From Lophium mytilinum (taxonomy: Eukaryota): a DNA stretch of 64,000 nucleotides. The stretch is from contig MU004197.1 of assembly GCA_010093605.1 (NCBI GenBank), positions 1,054,001 to 1,118,000 on the forward strand. Direction: 5' to 3'. Shown here one piece after another: positions 12,104 to 25,200 of this stretch. A model generated the notes under the pieces. The model was given only the letters and a program-made list of their open reading frames with translations. It had not been told where the DNA came from and ran no database searches. The position numbers and the translations under genes were made by a program. Every line of letters begins with the position of its first letter. Position 1 is the stretch's first letter.

Positions 12104-12840
12104 TTAACCGCTGGCTTCCCGGACCAGACCTTCCTCGTTCTCCTCGATCTGGACCCTGGGCCTGCTGAGGACATCGATTGACCCTAAGTAAAGGTCAGAA
12201 AAGGGCTTTTCCGGGGAGGTAGGGAAGTGTCAATGGGACGTCCGATGCCAAGGTAGGAAGACTCTGAAATAAGAACATACTCTGAATGAGGTTGAGGGAA
12301 GACCTCGGGTTGCCGTCTTTATCGGTGTACGACTCCATGCGCGCATCAGCGTCCACATGGACAAGAGCACTGTAGAAGAACACAAGTCAGCGCTATCCCC
12401 ATAATCCAGAATGAAGCCACTCCAATCCCTCTAAACCAATCATAGCCCACCTCTCCCCCAGCAGTTGCAGCTCATCGCACTCAAACAATCGCAATCCCCA
12501 GCACCCCAAGACCGCCCAATCCATCAAAACCGCACGCAAGAAAGAATCAGACCACTCACCCCTTAGGCAAGCTCAACAGAAACTCCTTCTGCGCCCCATC
12601 AGTGAACGCCGCAACCCTGAACCAGCTCGTCTTCTTGTTGTCCACCTTGCCATAGCTAGTCGCAACTAGGTATTTCACGATCGATCCCCCGCTCGTTTGC
12701 TGCTCCTCGGGAGCCGCGCCGAGGCGGCCGCTGATGGACATGGACGCCATTGACGCGCGGGCGGTGGAGGAGAAGGCACGCGTAGAGAGAGCGGCGGATG
12801 CGCCTGAGGCGCGCGCGGTGCGGAGTGTGGCGGCGAGCAT
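12104..12840 (-). CDS. RIM1: Mitochondrial single-stranded DNA-binding protein; exons 12840-12560, 12369-12281, 12183-12104
   Basis: Presequence MLAATLRTARAS..RAFSSTA; SSB OB-fold ISGRLGAAPE..YLVATSYG..KTSWFRVAAF..LPKGALVHVDA; introns 12370-12559 and 12184-12280 with canonical signals. Confidence 0.92.
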
Positions 12841-13257
12841 AGTTGCGGTAGGTCGTTGCGAGATGGACGGCGACGGTTTGCAGATGGGATAGTGGTTGAG
12901 TAACGCAGAGAGACGGTCGAGGTTGGATGGGCGAGGAGGAGTCGCGTTCTGCGCGATAGATGCGATCTTTGAAGCGGGCGATGTGCTTAGCGAGTTTGCC
13001 AGGGGTCTCAAGGGGGGTTCATCGGCCGTCAGGCCGTGCACTCTGTGGGGACGGGACGAACTAGTCACGTTATTTCAGCCTGATCCATTCCATGTGGCTT
13101 GTTTCAGCTATCTATTGTACAGAGGAACGTGGCCTATCAGATTCCTGAGAACTCCTTTTGACGGCCCTCCCAAGAAGTAGCCTTGATGACCACTAAACCC
13201 AAACTACCCATACCCTTAAGACCTGAATGACACTCGACGAGAACGTCCCCCTCTCCG

Positions 13258-15923
13258 TCACTCAAGCTCCTCAACCGTCACGCCGTCCATCGCACCGTTA
13301 CCATTTTGAGATTCCACCTTCGGGTCAGTCTCCATTTGGACGGGCAGCAGTCTCACCCTCGCATCCACAGCCTGCTCTCCGACTACGGTCTCCTCGACCT
13401 GTGCCTTGCGGCGGAAGACAACCTGCCAGCGCTTCCCCCAGGCCTTGATCACGGCCGCATCCTCCGCGCTCAATTCGCCGTTTGTCTCTTTCTCGATAAA
13501 AGCGTCGTTGATGCCAAGAGCAACAACGTTAGCTGCGTCGTCGATGAATTTGAAATAGCTGCGCATCCCTTCTCGCTCCTTGATAAGCGTCTCGTCAATA
13601 CTGTCGATCTGCTCCTGCGTCAAGCCCTCCTGCAGCCTCGCTGCAACAATCTGGCGTACGCGGTTGGTAACTTTAGCTACCGTCTTCGCCACCATTTCGT
13701 ACGTCCAGCTCTCGGAGAGGGCCTCGCCAGCTCCGAGGTGGTCTGCCAAAGCCCACTGAATGACCGAGATCGGGGTCAGGATGGTGTAGTTGAGCAGCTT
13801 GTCTATGATGTTGATAGCGTTTCCGGGTTGGTCTTTCCAGTAGGCGACAATGCTGGCGATGATCTGGCGCCTCGCTGCTTCAGACTCTTGGCCGATGGCG
13901 AGAAGGCGCTCCTTGCAGCGGTCGACTATAGAGATTAGATGCGAAAATGAAACTGAACCAATATAACAGATGCATGTGACGAAAGCGTCGGTTGATGGTA
14001 TCAAAACATCGTCGACCCCGGCCTCGCTGGCCTTAGCGTGAATAACGTTAAGAGTTTCTTGAATCTCGGCATCAGGTGCCTTCTTTCGGATCTGGCTTTG
14101 TAGGAGTGCGCCTTCGGCAGCGTATGGAGTTCCTAAGTAGGGTTGTCAACACTTTAAATTCCAAAGAACCTTCATTAGCACTTACTGTCATCGGCATACT
14201 TGAAATCAGGCACTTCCTTCTCCTTGCCTTCGGTGATCAGATACCTGAACTCCTCTTCAATTGTCTTCTTGATGCGCTTGCCGAACGAAAGTCGAATTTC
14301 CTTGTCTATGGCGGCAATGATGAAAGCTTTCTTGGGATGTAAGTCAGAGCGAACAAGGTCCTCGACCCTAGGTCATATTAGCTTGTAGTCCGGATAAACT
14401 ATTGACAACAACTCACCATTCCTGCCATTTCCACCTGTAGTCGAAGTTGCTCAAATGGTGCGCAAACCAGTCCAGGAATCGTGAAACAAGCTCAAGATCC
14501 ATAACGTCGAGGTTACGGAACAAGAATCGAATTGCCCTACCCAAGCTCGGTGCAACAGCGCCAGGAGCTTTCTTGCAGGTCTCTGTAATGACCGAGTGAT
14601 AGTAGACAATCTTGCGTTCCGGATTCGGGAGAGTGAAGACCTGAGAGAAGATCCCATCGAGGACCATGTCCTCCGGCTTCCAAGTCGATTTGCTGCCCTC
14701 AATTTCACCAAGCCGAATCTTCTCAAACGGCATACCGCGCTTGATGAACGTTTCTGAGTGCCAGTAGCAATCCAAGTTGACCAAGAGAGTTGCGACGGCG
14801 TCCCGATTGAAGTCAAGAATGTTGATAGTATCGACAATTGTATCTCGGATGAGGGAAGCAGCGATGTCGTCCGTTTTCGGGACAGTTTCGACCTCCTGGT
14901 CAGCATATAGCGAGAAGTATGCCTCTGGGAACAATGGATTGGGACCTGCGTTAACTGGCGAGGCGATATCGAGCGAAGGGAACGGATGAAGAGCGGGTGC
15001 AGTGACCATGGCATCCTGGCCATCGACCTGTTGCGAGATGTACTTCGGGAACGGCGGTAGAATGGCGAACGCCCATCCACGTGCTTCTTCATTCCGCATC
15101 TGTCCTTGGAGAAGCCTGATGAGACTGAGATAGTGGACAGGCTTTTCATCCGTGGAACCGGTATAGGATTCCAATAGATCCTCAATGGGTAGCTTCATGG
15201 AAGCAACGATCTCGGTCTTTTTGAGAATTTCCAGAGCTTGTGGTACGATGCTGTTCTCTGCGTAACCCATGGCGTAAGGAAGAGTAAGCAAAATAATCTT
15301 GACAAGTTCGAGGCCGACAACCTGGATTCTGGTTAGCCTTGTCTTAAGAGTTGAGAAGCGCTCCAGGATCTAAGCCCACTTACATCGTTCTCATTCGCCT
15401 CCTGCAAGTCGATAGCGCAGTCAAACAGCTTGTCCAATAGCGGAATAACGCCTTCTCCCTCGAATAGCCTCTGCAAGCAAGCCAAGAATCGGACCAACAG
15501 CTTGACATCTCGCCAATGCCCAGCATTGAATGCTTCCTGCAAGCGCTCGCCCGCCCGTTGTAAGGCCTCAGTTGTAATCTCAGGGTTCGAATCGTTTCCG
15601 TAAAGGATGACCGCCGCGGCGAAGGGAATCTTGAGGGGCTGCTCGAGGACCCTGAAATCATTAGCTACCAACACATCACAGTTTCCATTCTAGTACCTCA
15701 CTCACAGTCTCACCAGCAGATCGAAGAACTCATTCTTGATCTGGACGTCATCGAAATTGTCACTCAGCAGCTTCGCGATTTCTTGCGCCTGCTGGGCGGG
15801 AACAGCTAACGGCGAGTCCGCAATCGACAGGAGATTCTCGCGCAGCTGACGGGGAACGGGAAGATAGCGATCGCGAGGCTCACGACTGCGCTTGCGCTTG
15901 CCGTTTCTGCGGTAGTCGGACAT
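13258..15923 (-). CDS. CBP80: Nuclear cap-binding complex large subunit (MIF4G-like); introns 15652-15705, 15322-15383, 14368-14416, 14133-14185
   Basis: N-terminal NLS RRNGKRKR, VLEQPLKIPF, YYHSVITETCKKAPGAVAPSLGRAIRFLF, RFLDWFAHHLSNFDYRWKWQEW, IDKLLNYTILTP; canonical splice sites. Confidence 0.93.
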
Positions 15924-16739
15924 GATGGCGGTGGTGGAAGAGTGAGGTGTTGAGGTTCGATGCGCGTAGTCGCGTCGTCTGCAGGTGATGGAGAACCTTA
16001 GCTCGTTGGAAGCGCCAGTGAACTGCGCACGTGATGCGGCACCTGCATGTTTCACTCTGGTTAGGTTCGCTAAAACTATAGTTCCAAATGTTACTGAATT
16101 TGTCGTAGATATCTTCCTGTCGTTGTTTACGAGGCGGGCCTTTATATGCTAAAAGAAATTGGAGGCAGCGGACACAGTCCAATCTATCCGCTGACACCAT
16201 CTAATTAGAATGTTGAACTTCGCTCTTATTCAAAGTGCTGTTAGTGCTATGAGGTTCCTCACGCAGCAGTAAACAAGTGTATAGATGTCTATAATAACGC
16301 ATTGTAAAGATGTACTGGAGGACCTGAAGCAGCCAAGCAACCGTACACATTACCTGGAGACCTTCAGTTGGAACATCGGAAGTCTTGGAACAGAATCTCG
16401 AACACATATTTATGGACTGCCACCATTCTATTCCTTAGGGAACTACATTAGCTTCATTGACATGATTCTTAGCATCTAATGAATTGCAGTGCTTGGATAC
16501 AGCCCTCCCCTGCAACAGTTTGGTGCGTTTGCATGAGATCTTAGAGAGTGCGATGCGCTTGGAGGTAAGCTGTCTGATCGATTACTTCAGTTGCTTTGGT
16601 ACTAAGCCGTTCCGATCTGATATTTGATCGATGGAAGGGTCTCGAAGTGGTTATATTAGCTAGGCATTATAGTAATTCAATGGCAGCGTCAATGCCTCAC
16701 GAAGCTCTTTCCATCACTCATCCCCTAATCATAATATCA

Positions 16740-16764
16740 CACACCACACACCACACACCACACT
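16740..16764. repeat. CACAC-type microsatellite
   Basis: CACACCACACACCACACACCACAC read directly. Confidence 0.7.
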
Positions 16765-18097
16765 CACAGCGGCCCCTAAAGCAAGACTTAGAAAACTGTT
16801 TTATCACTGCCATGCTACCTAACACCACTTCGGCCTGCTAACGCAGCTGGAGCATTACTCCGACCAACACACAGCACATCGAACTCGGAGCCGTAACCAT
16901 TCTTCTCGCTTAGGCACAGTCATTTGCTGTTCCGATAGACCAACCCGTCACTCACAGTTCTTACGTTCCCCTCAGGCCGTTACGGTCATCTCACCCAACT
17001 CAAACCCAGTGGCCTCAAAAAGCACGCAGACAAGCAAAAAGGGAGTACGAAATACGCCATCAACCGATGCATTGAAAGAGCCTTACGGCTCTTTCCCCAG
17101 CACCGCCCCAAAAGCCTCCTTTGCAAAAATGGGAGATGGCCAACAGAGGGGAAACCGGAAAGTTATGCAAGATACGGACGGATGGATGGACGGGAGGCGG
17201 GACGGTTCGTTCGAGGAGGCGTTCCATGCTGATAGTGGACCGGGATTGGGATGGGACGGGAAGGAGAACAGCCACGCCTAGAAGAAGAGAGAAAGAAAAG
17301 GGGACCCGGACCAGAAGAAATCTACTTGATCATAAAGAAGACAGCCACCAGGCTAGAAGAAGAAAAGTAAAAGCAAAAACAAGGGTTGAGCATAGCACGC
17401 CCTCCTGTGCCATAATCTTGAGTTCTCCCACTCAGCCCATCAACACGCAGATAACGTCCTTACTCCAGCTACATGCTCCCAGATACCCATAATGAAGGCG
17501 ACCAAAAGTAGCGAGGTCGTCCGGGCCGGGATGGTAGAACGAGAACGACAATCCATGAACTGCAGCAGGTTGTGAAAGCCAGAAAAAGACAACACCCGAA
17601 TGTCAAGCAACGGATATTCGCAACGAACGCGCCGTCTCAAGATAGAGAGAAACATTCTGCCAGAATATCGTGTTGGTTGCCAAATATCATCGAGTTTTGC
17701 GACTCCATGACTGCCACGATGATAATCCAGGGCTCTGTCCGTCGTCCAGTCCAGGAAGGGAAGATAGTGGGAAGGAGTACATCTACGCATCTTCGGAGTT
17801 GACGTCGGGGGGATAAAGGGGGAAGAACTAGGGGTTCCAGGACAAGACATGATGAAAAGCCAATTCGATGGGAGTGGCGAGTTGAGAATCGTGTCGTTTT
17901 GAGCCGTGACAAAATACTGCAGGCAATGGCCCTTTCACGGCAATGTATGCCATCCAACAAATAGACGCCGTAAAGAGTCCCGTGGAAATCGCATCCGTCC
18001 GGCAGAGATAGCCAGGCTCCAGGGGGCGGGGGAAACGCAATGCCACGCCGTTGGAATCAAAAACAAATATCGTGACGCATGCTTTTTGGCCGGACTT

Positions 18098-19625
18098 CTA
18101 GTCCAACCGGGCCATCATTTCATCCTTCGTAAGGGGTTTGAATGAGGGCGACTCGTAATCCAGACCACGAGCTGCCAGAGCCGCGCGGACGTGGGGAGGA
18201 ACCAGCTGTCGATTCAGTTGAGGGGCGATCGATAGTTCTGCATTAAATTAGACGGTCCACTTGTAATTTTATATAGGCGACAACTTACCGTGCAGTGTGT
18301 AGTTGAAAAGCTCAGGCAAATCACGCGACGGTCCGTTGGGGTGGCGTGAATCTGGGAGTCTCGTAGTCGGGTCCCTCAACTCGTCGAAGAACGGCTGAAC
18401 CATGGCGTCGATGGCCGAGAGCCGCTGCGTGGGTGTGTACTCGAGAAGCTTCGAGATCAGGTCAATGGCACTGGGGTCGGCCTTGCGGAACACCTTTTGG
18501 CTTGTAAGCGACGTGAGGTTTTGAGTGGAGAAAAGCGGGCCTACCTTGTTGAACGGGTGCGGCTTAATCTGCGGGAACTTGTGCTCCATGTAGTTGGGAT
18601 TCATGGTCCGAATCTGATCCCGCGTGGGAGTGCCGAGGACTTTGATGATTTCCACAAGCTGATCAATGCCAGACTCACCGGGGAACAGAGGCTGTCCGAG
18701 CATCAACTCCGCCATAACACAGCCTGTAGACCAGACATCTGCAAGGTAACGAATTAGCCGAGATCCCTAAAGAAAGGCACAAAAAGTGCGAAAATGACAT
18801 ACCAATCTTGGTGGTGTAGTTTGTGGCCCCGAAGATTAGCTCTGGGGCCCTGTAATATCTCGAGCAGATGTACGAAACATTTGGCTCATTCTCCACCAGG
18901 ATCTTGGCGCTACCGAAATCGCACAGCTTCAGCACACCGGTTGCCGGGTCCAGCAGCAAGTTCTGCGGCTTGATATCCCTGTGGCAGATGCCTTGTGAGT
19001 GTATGTACGCGAGGGAGCGGAACAGCTGGTAGATATAGAGTTTGACTTCGAGGATGGGCATTACAGTCTTCAACTTGTTGAAGTAGCGGGAGGCGCGGTA
19101 GACGGTCTCAGGGACGAATTCCAGCACGAGATTGAGGTAGACTTCATCTTTCTGTGGCTGCCCAAGTTAGCAATGCCGAAGCACGGGGCCTGACGGGCGG
19201 GGACAGGACACATACCCTCTCGCCATTGTTGTAGAAGAAGGCCTTGAGCTCTACGATGTTCGGATGTCGGACGATGCGCATGATCTGCAGTTCGCGGTTC
19301 TAGGAGAGTCAGTACAGGTCGGAGAAGCGAGCAGCAGCGCGGGCAAACGCAAACGTACCTTGAAGCGCTTGTCCTGAAGGACTCGCTTGATGGCGGCGTC
19401 CTCACCACTGGGCGACAGCTTCGTCTGGAAGACGACGCCAAAGGAGCCATTGCCTACGATCTTGCACTGTGTGTAGGCGAGGTCTTTGTAGTCCCCCGTC
19501 AGTCCATCTTGGACCTTTTCGCGAATTACCTCTGCGGCTTTGTTAGCGGGGGTGCGAAGTGCCGACTGGGGCGACTCACCACCCATTCGGAGTGAAGAGA
19601 AGGCGGATGGCCGGTTCTGCGACAT
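18098..19625 (-). CDS. GSK3: Glycogen synthase kinase 3; introns 19532-19579, 19300-19358, 19152-19215, 18739-18802, 18494-18544, 18238-18288
   Basis: [91 protein letters not shown]. Confidence 0.98.
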
Positions 19626-22262
19626 GTTGCCTGCAGCGTGGCTCTCGGGGCGCCCCTAAGCGCGGATTGCTATCGCGAGTACGGCGGGCTGTAGTTGAGT
19701 AGCTGGTGCGAGGAGCGCGGAGTCTGGGCGATGAGGTCCGTAGTGGGCGGCTGCAGCAAGGATGCTGGGAGCAGGGCAGCGTGGTGAGTCGGGGTGGTGG
19801 TCGAGGTGACGAGCTGGCGGGTCGGTCGAGTGATTCGAGTGATGGGGGTTGTTGAGGACGGAGGGTGGCTCGCAGTCGCTAAGAGAGCGGCGAGGAGCTT
19901 GGGCGGCGGGGCGGGGTGAGGGCGAGCACAGGGTGGGTGAGGAAGTTGGTAGAGGAGAGAGAGTGGTGTTCTGGTGAGGACGAGTGCAGATGACGGAGGT
20001 GATGATGATGCTGGAGGAGAAGGGCAGACCCCGCTAATTGCGAAGTGTCCACGCGCGCTCGCAGTGAATTACGGCACGTCTGACCTGGAGGCTCTGGGCA
20101 CGGGCTCCCGGGGCGTGAGGTGCGCGGGCTGGCGGCGGCGGGCAGGCAGGTTGGGCGTGGGTAGGGGAGGAAATGGGCGTATTGCTGGAGTTGACGATGC
20201 AGGACTGAGGAGGGAGTGATGGTGTTGAACTCGAAAAGCTCTTGGGTCGTTGTGATGGCTGGGCTACGAGAGCGAGAGTGCTGGCATTGGTGCTCCTTCC
20301 TGGGTCTGCTGGGTGCTGGGCCGCTCCTGCTGCTCCACGCCAAACTTAGCCCGCCTGCTGTTCACGTGCCTGGGGGACCGTGCGCTCTTTCACCGTTGGC
20401 TGTTGAAACGCTCCGCCCTCCAATCCCGCGCCAGTCAGAGTAATGCCTCGAAATGCCCTGCGAAATGCCCTGCAATAATGCCACCGCCAGACGAATTGCG
20501 GCCCGCCAGCTGTAGCACACGCACTCCAAGCAGCGCTCGCCGTGCGTCGAAAAAGCGACTTTTTGCTGCTCAATCGGGCGCCCTACCACCCAGGGAGCCT
20601 TTGGGCAGCGGAGTGCCACTGTGGCAACTCGCGATGCTCTCATGAGAGGCATCTCCAGCTCGCATGCTCGCATCGTGACAGCTCGACGTCGCCGGGGCCA
20701 TTGACGCAGGCCACGGTGCCTGTTCTGGGGCGGCGCCAGCTCCCCAATCGCCTATTTGCTTGCCCTCCACCTCCAGCGCTCCACCCAGGCCTCAAAGCAG
20801 CAAAGCAGCGTTCAAAGACGCACCTGGGCAGGTGATCAAGAAGCCCAGCAAAGCCCGCCACGACCCACCTAGCAGCCACGGCAGCCTCGCAGCACGCCCC
20901 AACCCAGCATGGCGCAGGCAAAACAGAGCCGCCATGACCTCCATCCCAGCGGCCCGGCTACCGCAGCCCAGTGGATGACCGCGCGAGCACCGAGGCCAAT
21001 TCGCAAATCACATCTCCCCCATCGTCTGCTCCCATCGCGGCCTTTGCGGGCGCGTTGACAGTCACCGTCGTGCAGACAAGCGTGCCTGGACGGAGCGTGA
21101 AGCGAACTCTCCCCATCATCGCATTTGTAGGGCGACAGCTGCGGCCCTTGGCCATATCCGTCGACACCTGCAGCACCCATCGACCGGGAGCATGCTAGTC
21201 ACCCAGATGACGACCGCTGACAAGACGAGCTGCTGTCGCCGCTCTCCACCGCAGAGGATCAAGGACCCGCAAGCCGTCGCACCGCACGTGCGGCTGGGAA
21301 GACCGTCAGTAGTCAGCGGCGGCCGCAGCATTCTCGCATGTTTCAGACGCTTCAGTCGCAAACCGCTGAAACCCCGTGCGGACAAAAGCGTGCCCAGCTC
21401 GGCCGGGCCGCGTCAAAATCCGCGCCCTCGTCCCGTTGGCCTGACGAGGTGCGTCGAGAGCCGTTCCCAGCCCAGCGCGACACCAGACGTCAACCTGCAG
21501 CGCCCGCCCCCCCCTTCCCGCTGGCCATCCTCAGCGGAGAGGGGGAAACGCAACAGGGGCAGCATGCACGCTGCAGCCTCGATTGGCTCCTCTGACGGGC
21601 CACACCAGACACACGCAGCCGCCGCCGGCGAACTCGTCGCTCCAAATCAGTTCTCTCACGCACCAATCCGCGCCTGCGCTGCCGCTTTGGAAGTGTGCCA
21701 AATTCAATATATTGGGCCCACGTGACGCGCGCGACCTGACCTGGGGGGCGGGCGGGGGGGGCGTGACGATCTGCTGGCGTCGCATCCTGCTCGCCGCCCC
21801 CGGATGGCTTCGGCACCCGATATGCTTTGGGTCCCTACGGCTGGCCTAGTGGCTGTGATGTGGTCGAGTGGCACTGCCTATGTGCGTCCAGTGCCACGCT
21901 GAGAAATTGAGATGCTTCATCTCAGCCGGGACGCTGCGTGTGGTGCCCATTTCTGTGCGAGTCTTCGGTGCGTAAAATCGCCGAGAGGGCTGGAGGGTTG
22001 CGCAGGCAGCTGCGAGTCCGATATTGGAGTACGACTATAGGAGAGCGACGGTTAATTCAGATGGGAGAATATCAAGTCGTATTCAGCAAGACTTGATGAC
22101 ATATACTATGTAGGTATATTTTAATGCTTGACGTTGGCGTTCACGTGAAGCGCACGTGACGCATATCCAAACTATTACCTCCCTACACTCTACTTGATAT
22201 CCAGTATGACCAAATGCTATCATGATCCGAAACTCCAAACACCATACAATGCTTGCTGTGCA

Positions 22263-25200
22263 TCAATCAAAGCCCATAATATCCTCACTTTCGTCCGGCC
22301 CAGAGTCCTCCTCATCATCCTGAGGCCCCTCGTTACGATAATTCTCCTTATCCTCACCGCCATCGTCGTAGCTCTGACTTCGCCGGAGCGGACTCCGCTT
22401 GCGGTCAGCAGCATCACTCGCTTTGAGCATGCCCACAGCCTTGTCCACCTCCTCCCACGTCGGCTGGCTATCCCTACTGCCCCTTGGTGTCGCAGGGCCA
22501 GACTGCGTCGCCAGCACCACCTTCGTCTCCAGGACCATCCCATCCGCATCCTCCTCTGCTCGCTCGAGCTGCGGGCTCTCCGACGACCCACGGTCGCTCG
22601 CACCACCCAGCCCTCCCGCCGCACCCTCCAGCGTCGCACTCGACGGCGTGGCGGGCTCAAACTCGAAATGCACAGGGCTGCGTCCGCCGTCCGTCTCGCC
22701 ATCCGAGCTCAACTGACCTCTGCGGTCGAATCCCGGATCGCTCTGATGGCCGCTGCCACTCCCGCGCGTGCTACCGCTCGTGTCACCACGCCACATGTTG
22801 CGAAAACCGCGCACGCGCCGCCCGCCGCCGGCCTCGGGGGGGCTGGCTGGCGGGGTGTCGAAGATTCGCTTGCCAAGGTGCGTGTTGTTGTGCGCGGAGC
22901 CCATCATCTGCTGGACGATGGGCGAGTCGAGCTGGGCGCCGATGGTGCCGGAGCGGACGAAGAGCACCAGCCCGAGACAGAGCAGCAGGAGGGTCGACTG
23001 CACGACCGCCATGCGCTTCTGGAAAACAAGTTCGTCGGCCAGCAGCGTCAGGCGGGTGCTGATGGCGCCGATCTCGCGCTCGTACTGCTCGCGGTGGCTC
23101 TCCAGTTCCAGGATCGTCGACTGCCAGAGCTGGTCGTACTGCATGCGGTAGACCTTGAGTTCGGCGACAACGCTAGCGTTGAGATTCTGCAGGAAATTCT
23201 CCGTCTTGCCGAGTTGCCGCTTTTCTACCTTCATGAACGCATCGCGGAGAATGCGAGATTGCTCCTCGATGTACTGAAGTGAAAGTGTGCTGTTTGACTC
23301 GAGTTGCTGCAACCGCTTGTGAATAGACTTGAAGAAGGATTCTTGAGTTGTGGGATTCGAAGGCGGTGGCTGCGTTTGAGATGATGCAGTGCGACTCTGG
23401 GTGTGCGAAGACGCCTGATCGCCTGAGCTGGATGCGGTCTTTGCGGAGGAGCTACTGCCGCTCGATCCGTGTACTGTTTCATTGCCCTGGGATTTGGCGG
23501 TGGAGCTTGCGTTAGACGTGGAATTGACAGAACTTGCATTCTGGGATGGACCAGTTGACGCAGGAGTGACTATAGACGAGTTTGAAGTCACCTGTTCGCT
23601 ACCCTTGACGATTTCTGAAGTCGTTGAGGTCGCTTTTGTGGGAGTGTCAACTGAAGAAGTTTCAGATGACTCAGGCGTTGGTTGTGATTGACTCTCGTTG
23701 TTGACACTGATACTTTCGTTGTGACTTGGTGCAGAAGTCTCAGTGCGTTCCGTTGGCGCCTTGGATGATTCACTCACTATGGTCTCTGGAGGCTGCGTAG
23801 ACGAGTCCTCTGATTGCGAGACTTCTGCGCGCTTCTCAGGCTCCTGGAAATGCTGTGATTCACTTAGTTTTGCTGCCTCTACGCTTTCCGGCGTTCGTCG
23901 AGTCGCGCTATCCTCCGCTACTAGATCAGCAACAGTCACAGGCTCACCAGCCTCCTCAATAGGTTCTGCAAAATCGTCTTCTCCTCTTGCCATCTCCTCT
24001 TGATGCCTGAATTCCTCCATCATGGTCGTGCCGTGAACTCTCAATAGGCTGACAGGACAGTAGTACTCATTTCCGTACTGAGTGAGGAACTCAACTCTCA
24101 AATACCTTGCCCAAACAAGCGGGTTCTCAACCAGGAATGCTTGGATATCCCTCGAATTTCGGGCTTCAAAAGTGCCCAGCTCTTTCCATCGATCAAGTTT
24201 CACGGGGTACCGGTCGGACACGCTGATACGGAATGTTCGGAACATGGAGGAGAAAAATTCAAAGTTAGCCAGAACTATCGTGTCGATGAGGATGTCGTCA
24301 CATAGTTCGACGATGATGAATTTGTTTTGCGCGGCACATTCGTTGAGCATATAGCTGTCTTTGTTCTCGACCAACACGGACGAAGAGCTCTTGCATTGCG
24401 AGTTTGTTTTGAGGACGGTAGCCGCGCAGTCAAAGGAGGCATAATTGAATCGTTCTTTGCATGTTTTGCCGGCGTCTTTACTTCGGGCCCGCGAGCTTGG
24501 AGGAACACCATCGCTGTTATCAGACGTCTTGGATGGGTCATTCTTGGTTCCCGATGCCCAGCGAGCATCACCGTCTTCGTTTTGTCCAGTGTTGCCAAAG
24601 CCACCAAAGTCCAACTCTATCTCAGTGTCCTCGCCTAAGGAGTCCAGCGCGTTGTTTATATTGACTGGCCGTCGCCTACCGGCACCCCCACCGGATGCCC
24701 GTCCCTGTCCTACGTTCTCAGGGGACTGCCCAGCTCGGGCAAGGTTCTGTATCTTCCATTCTTCAAAGGAGAGGAAGTTGGCGTTGTCGAGGGGCGAGTC
24801 GGTCTCGGCCTCGGGCTCTGCGGTTGCGGTGGAGCTGGGCGTAGACGAGGCCTCAGACTGCTGAGGAGCTGGATCCGATACGGTGGAAGAAGAGCTATCC
24901 GATACTGTATTGAGTGACGACGCGGTTGGATGCACATCAGATCCACGTGGTGTTTCTTTCGGCTGTTCTATTGCCTCGTCTGCTACTGCTGACTCTGTCC
25001 CAGCAGAGCTCGCAGACTCTGAAGCTACTGCGTCGGCTGCAGCCTTGGTCGATGCCGACCAGCTGGTCTTGAGACATTGCTGCGGGAGCGTATGCGTGAT
25101 GTAGTTAATGGTGCGAAACTGGCATGTCGAGATGGAAGGGTAGGCGGCTATTGGGAGCGACGCAGACGAGAGGACGGTCGACGAGGACGAAGGCGAGGAG

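Noticed and set aside
12841..13068. Non-AUG in-frame N-terminal extension of RIM1 (similar ones for SAT4, GH31, HIS6)
   Set aside because: The ATG-initiated proteins already start at expected N-termini; open upstream frames are expected in C-rich leaders.
15580..15600. GGTTCGAATC T-loop-like motif suggesting a tRNA
   Set aside because: Inside a CBP80 exon; no cloverleaf or A box.
22194..23282. 362-aa + strand ORF
   Set aside because: Antisense shadow of the GC-rich SLP1 3' coding region.
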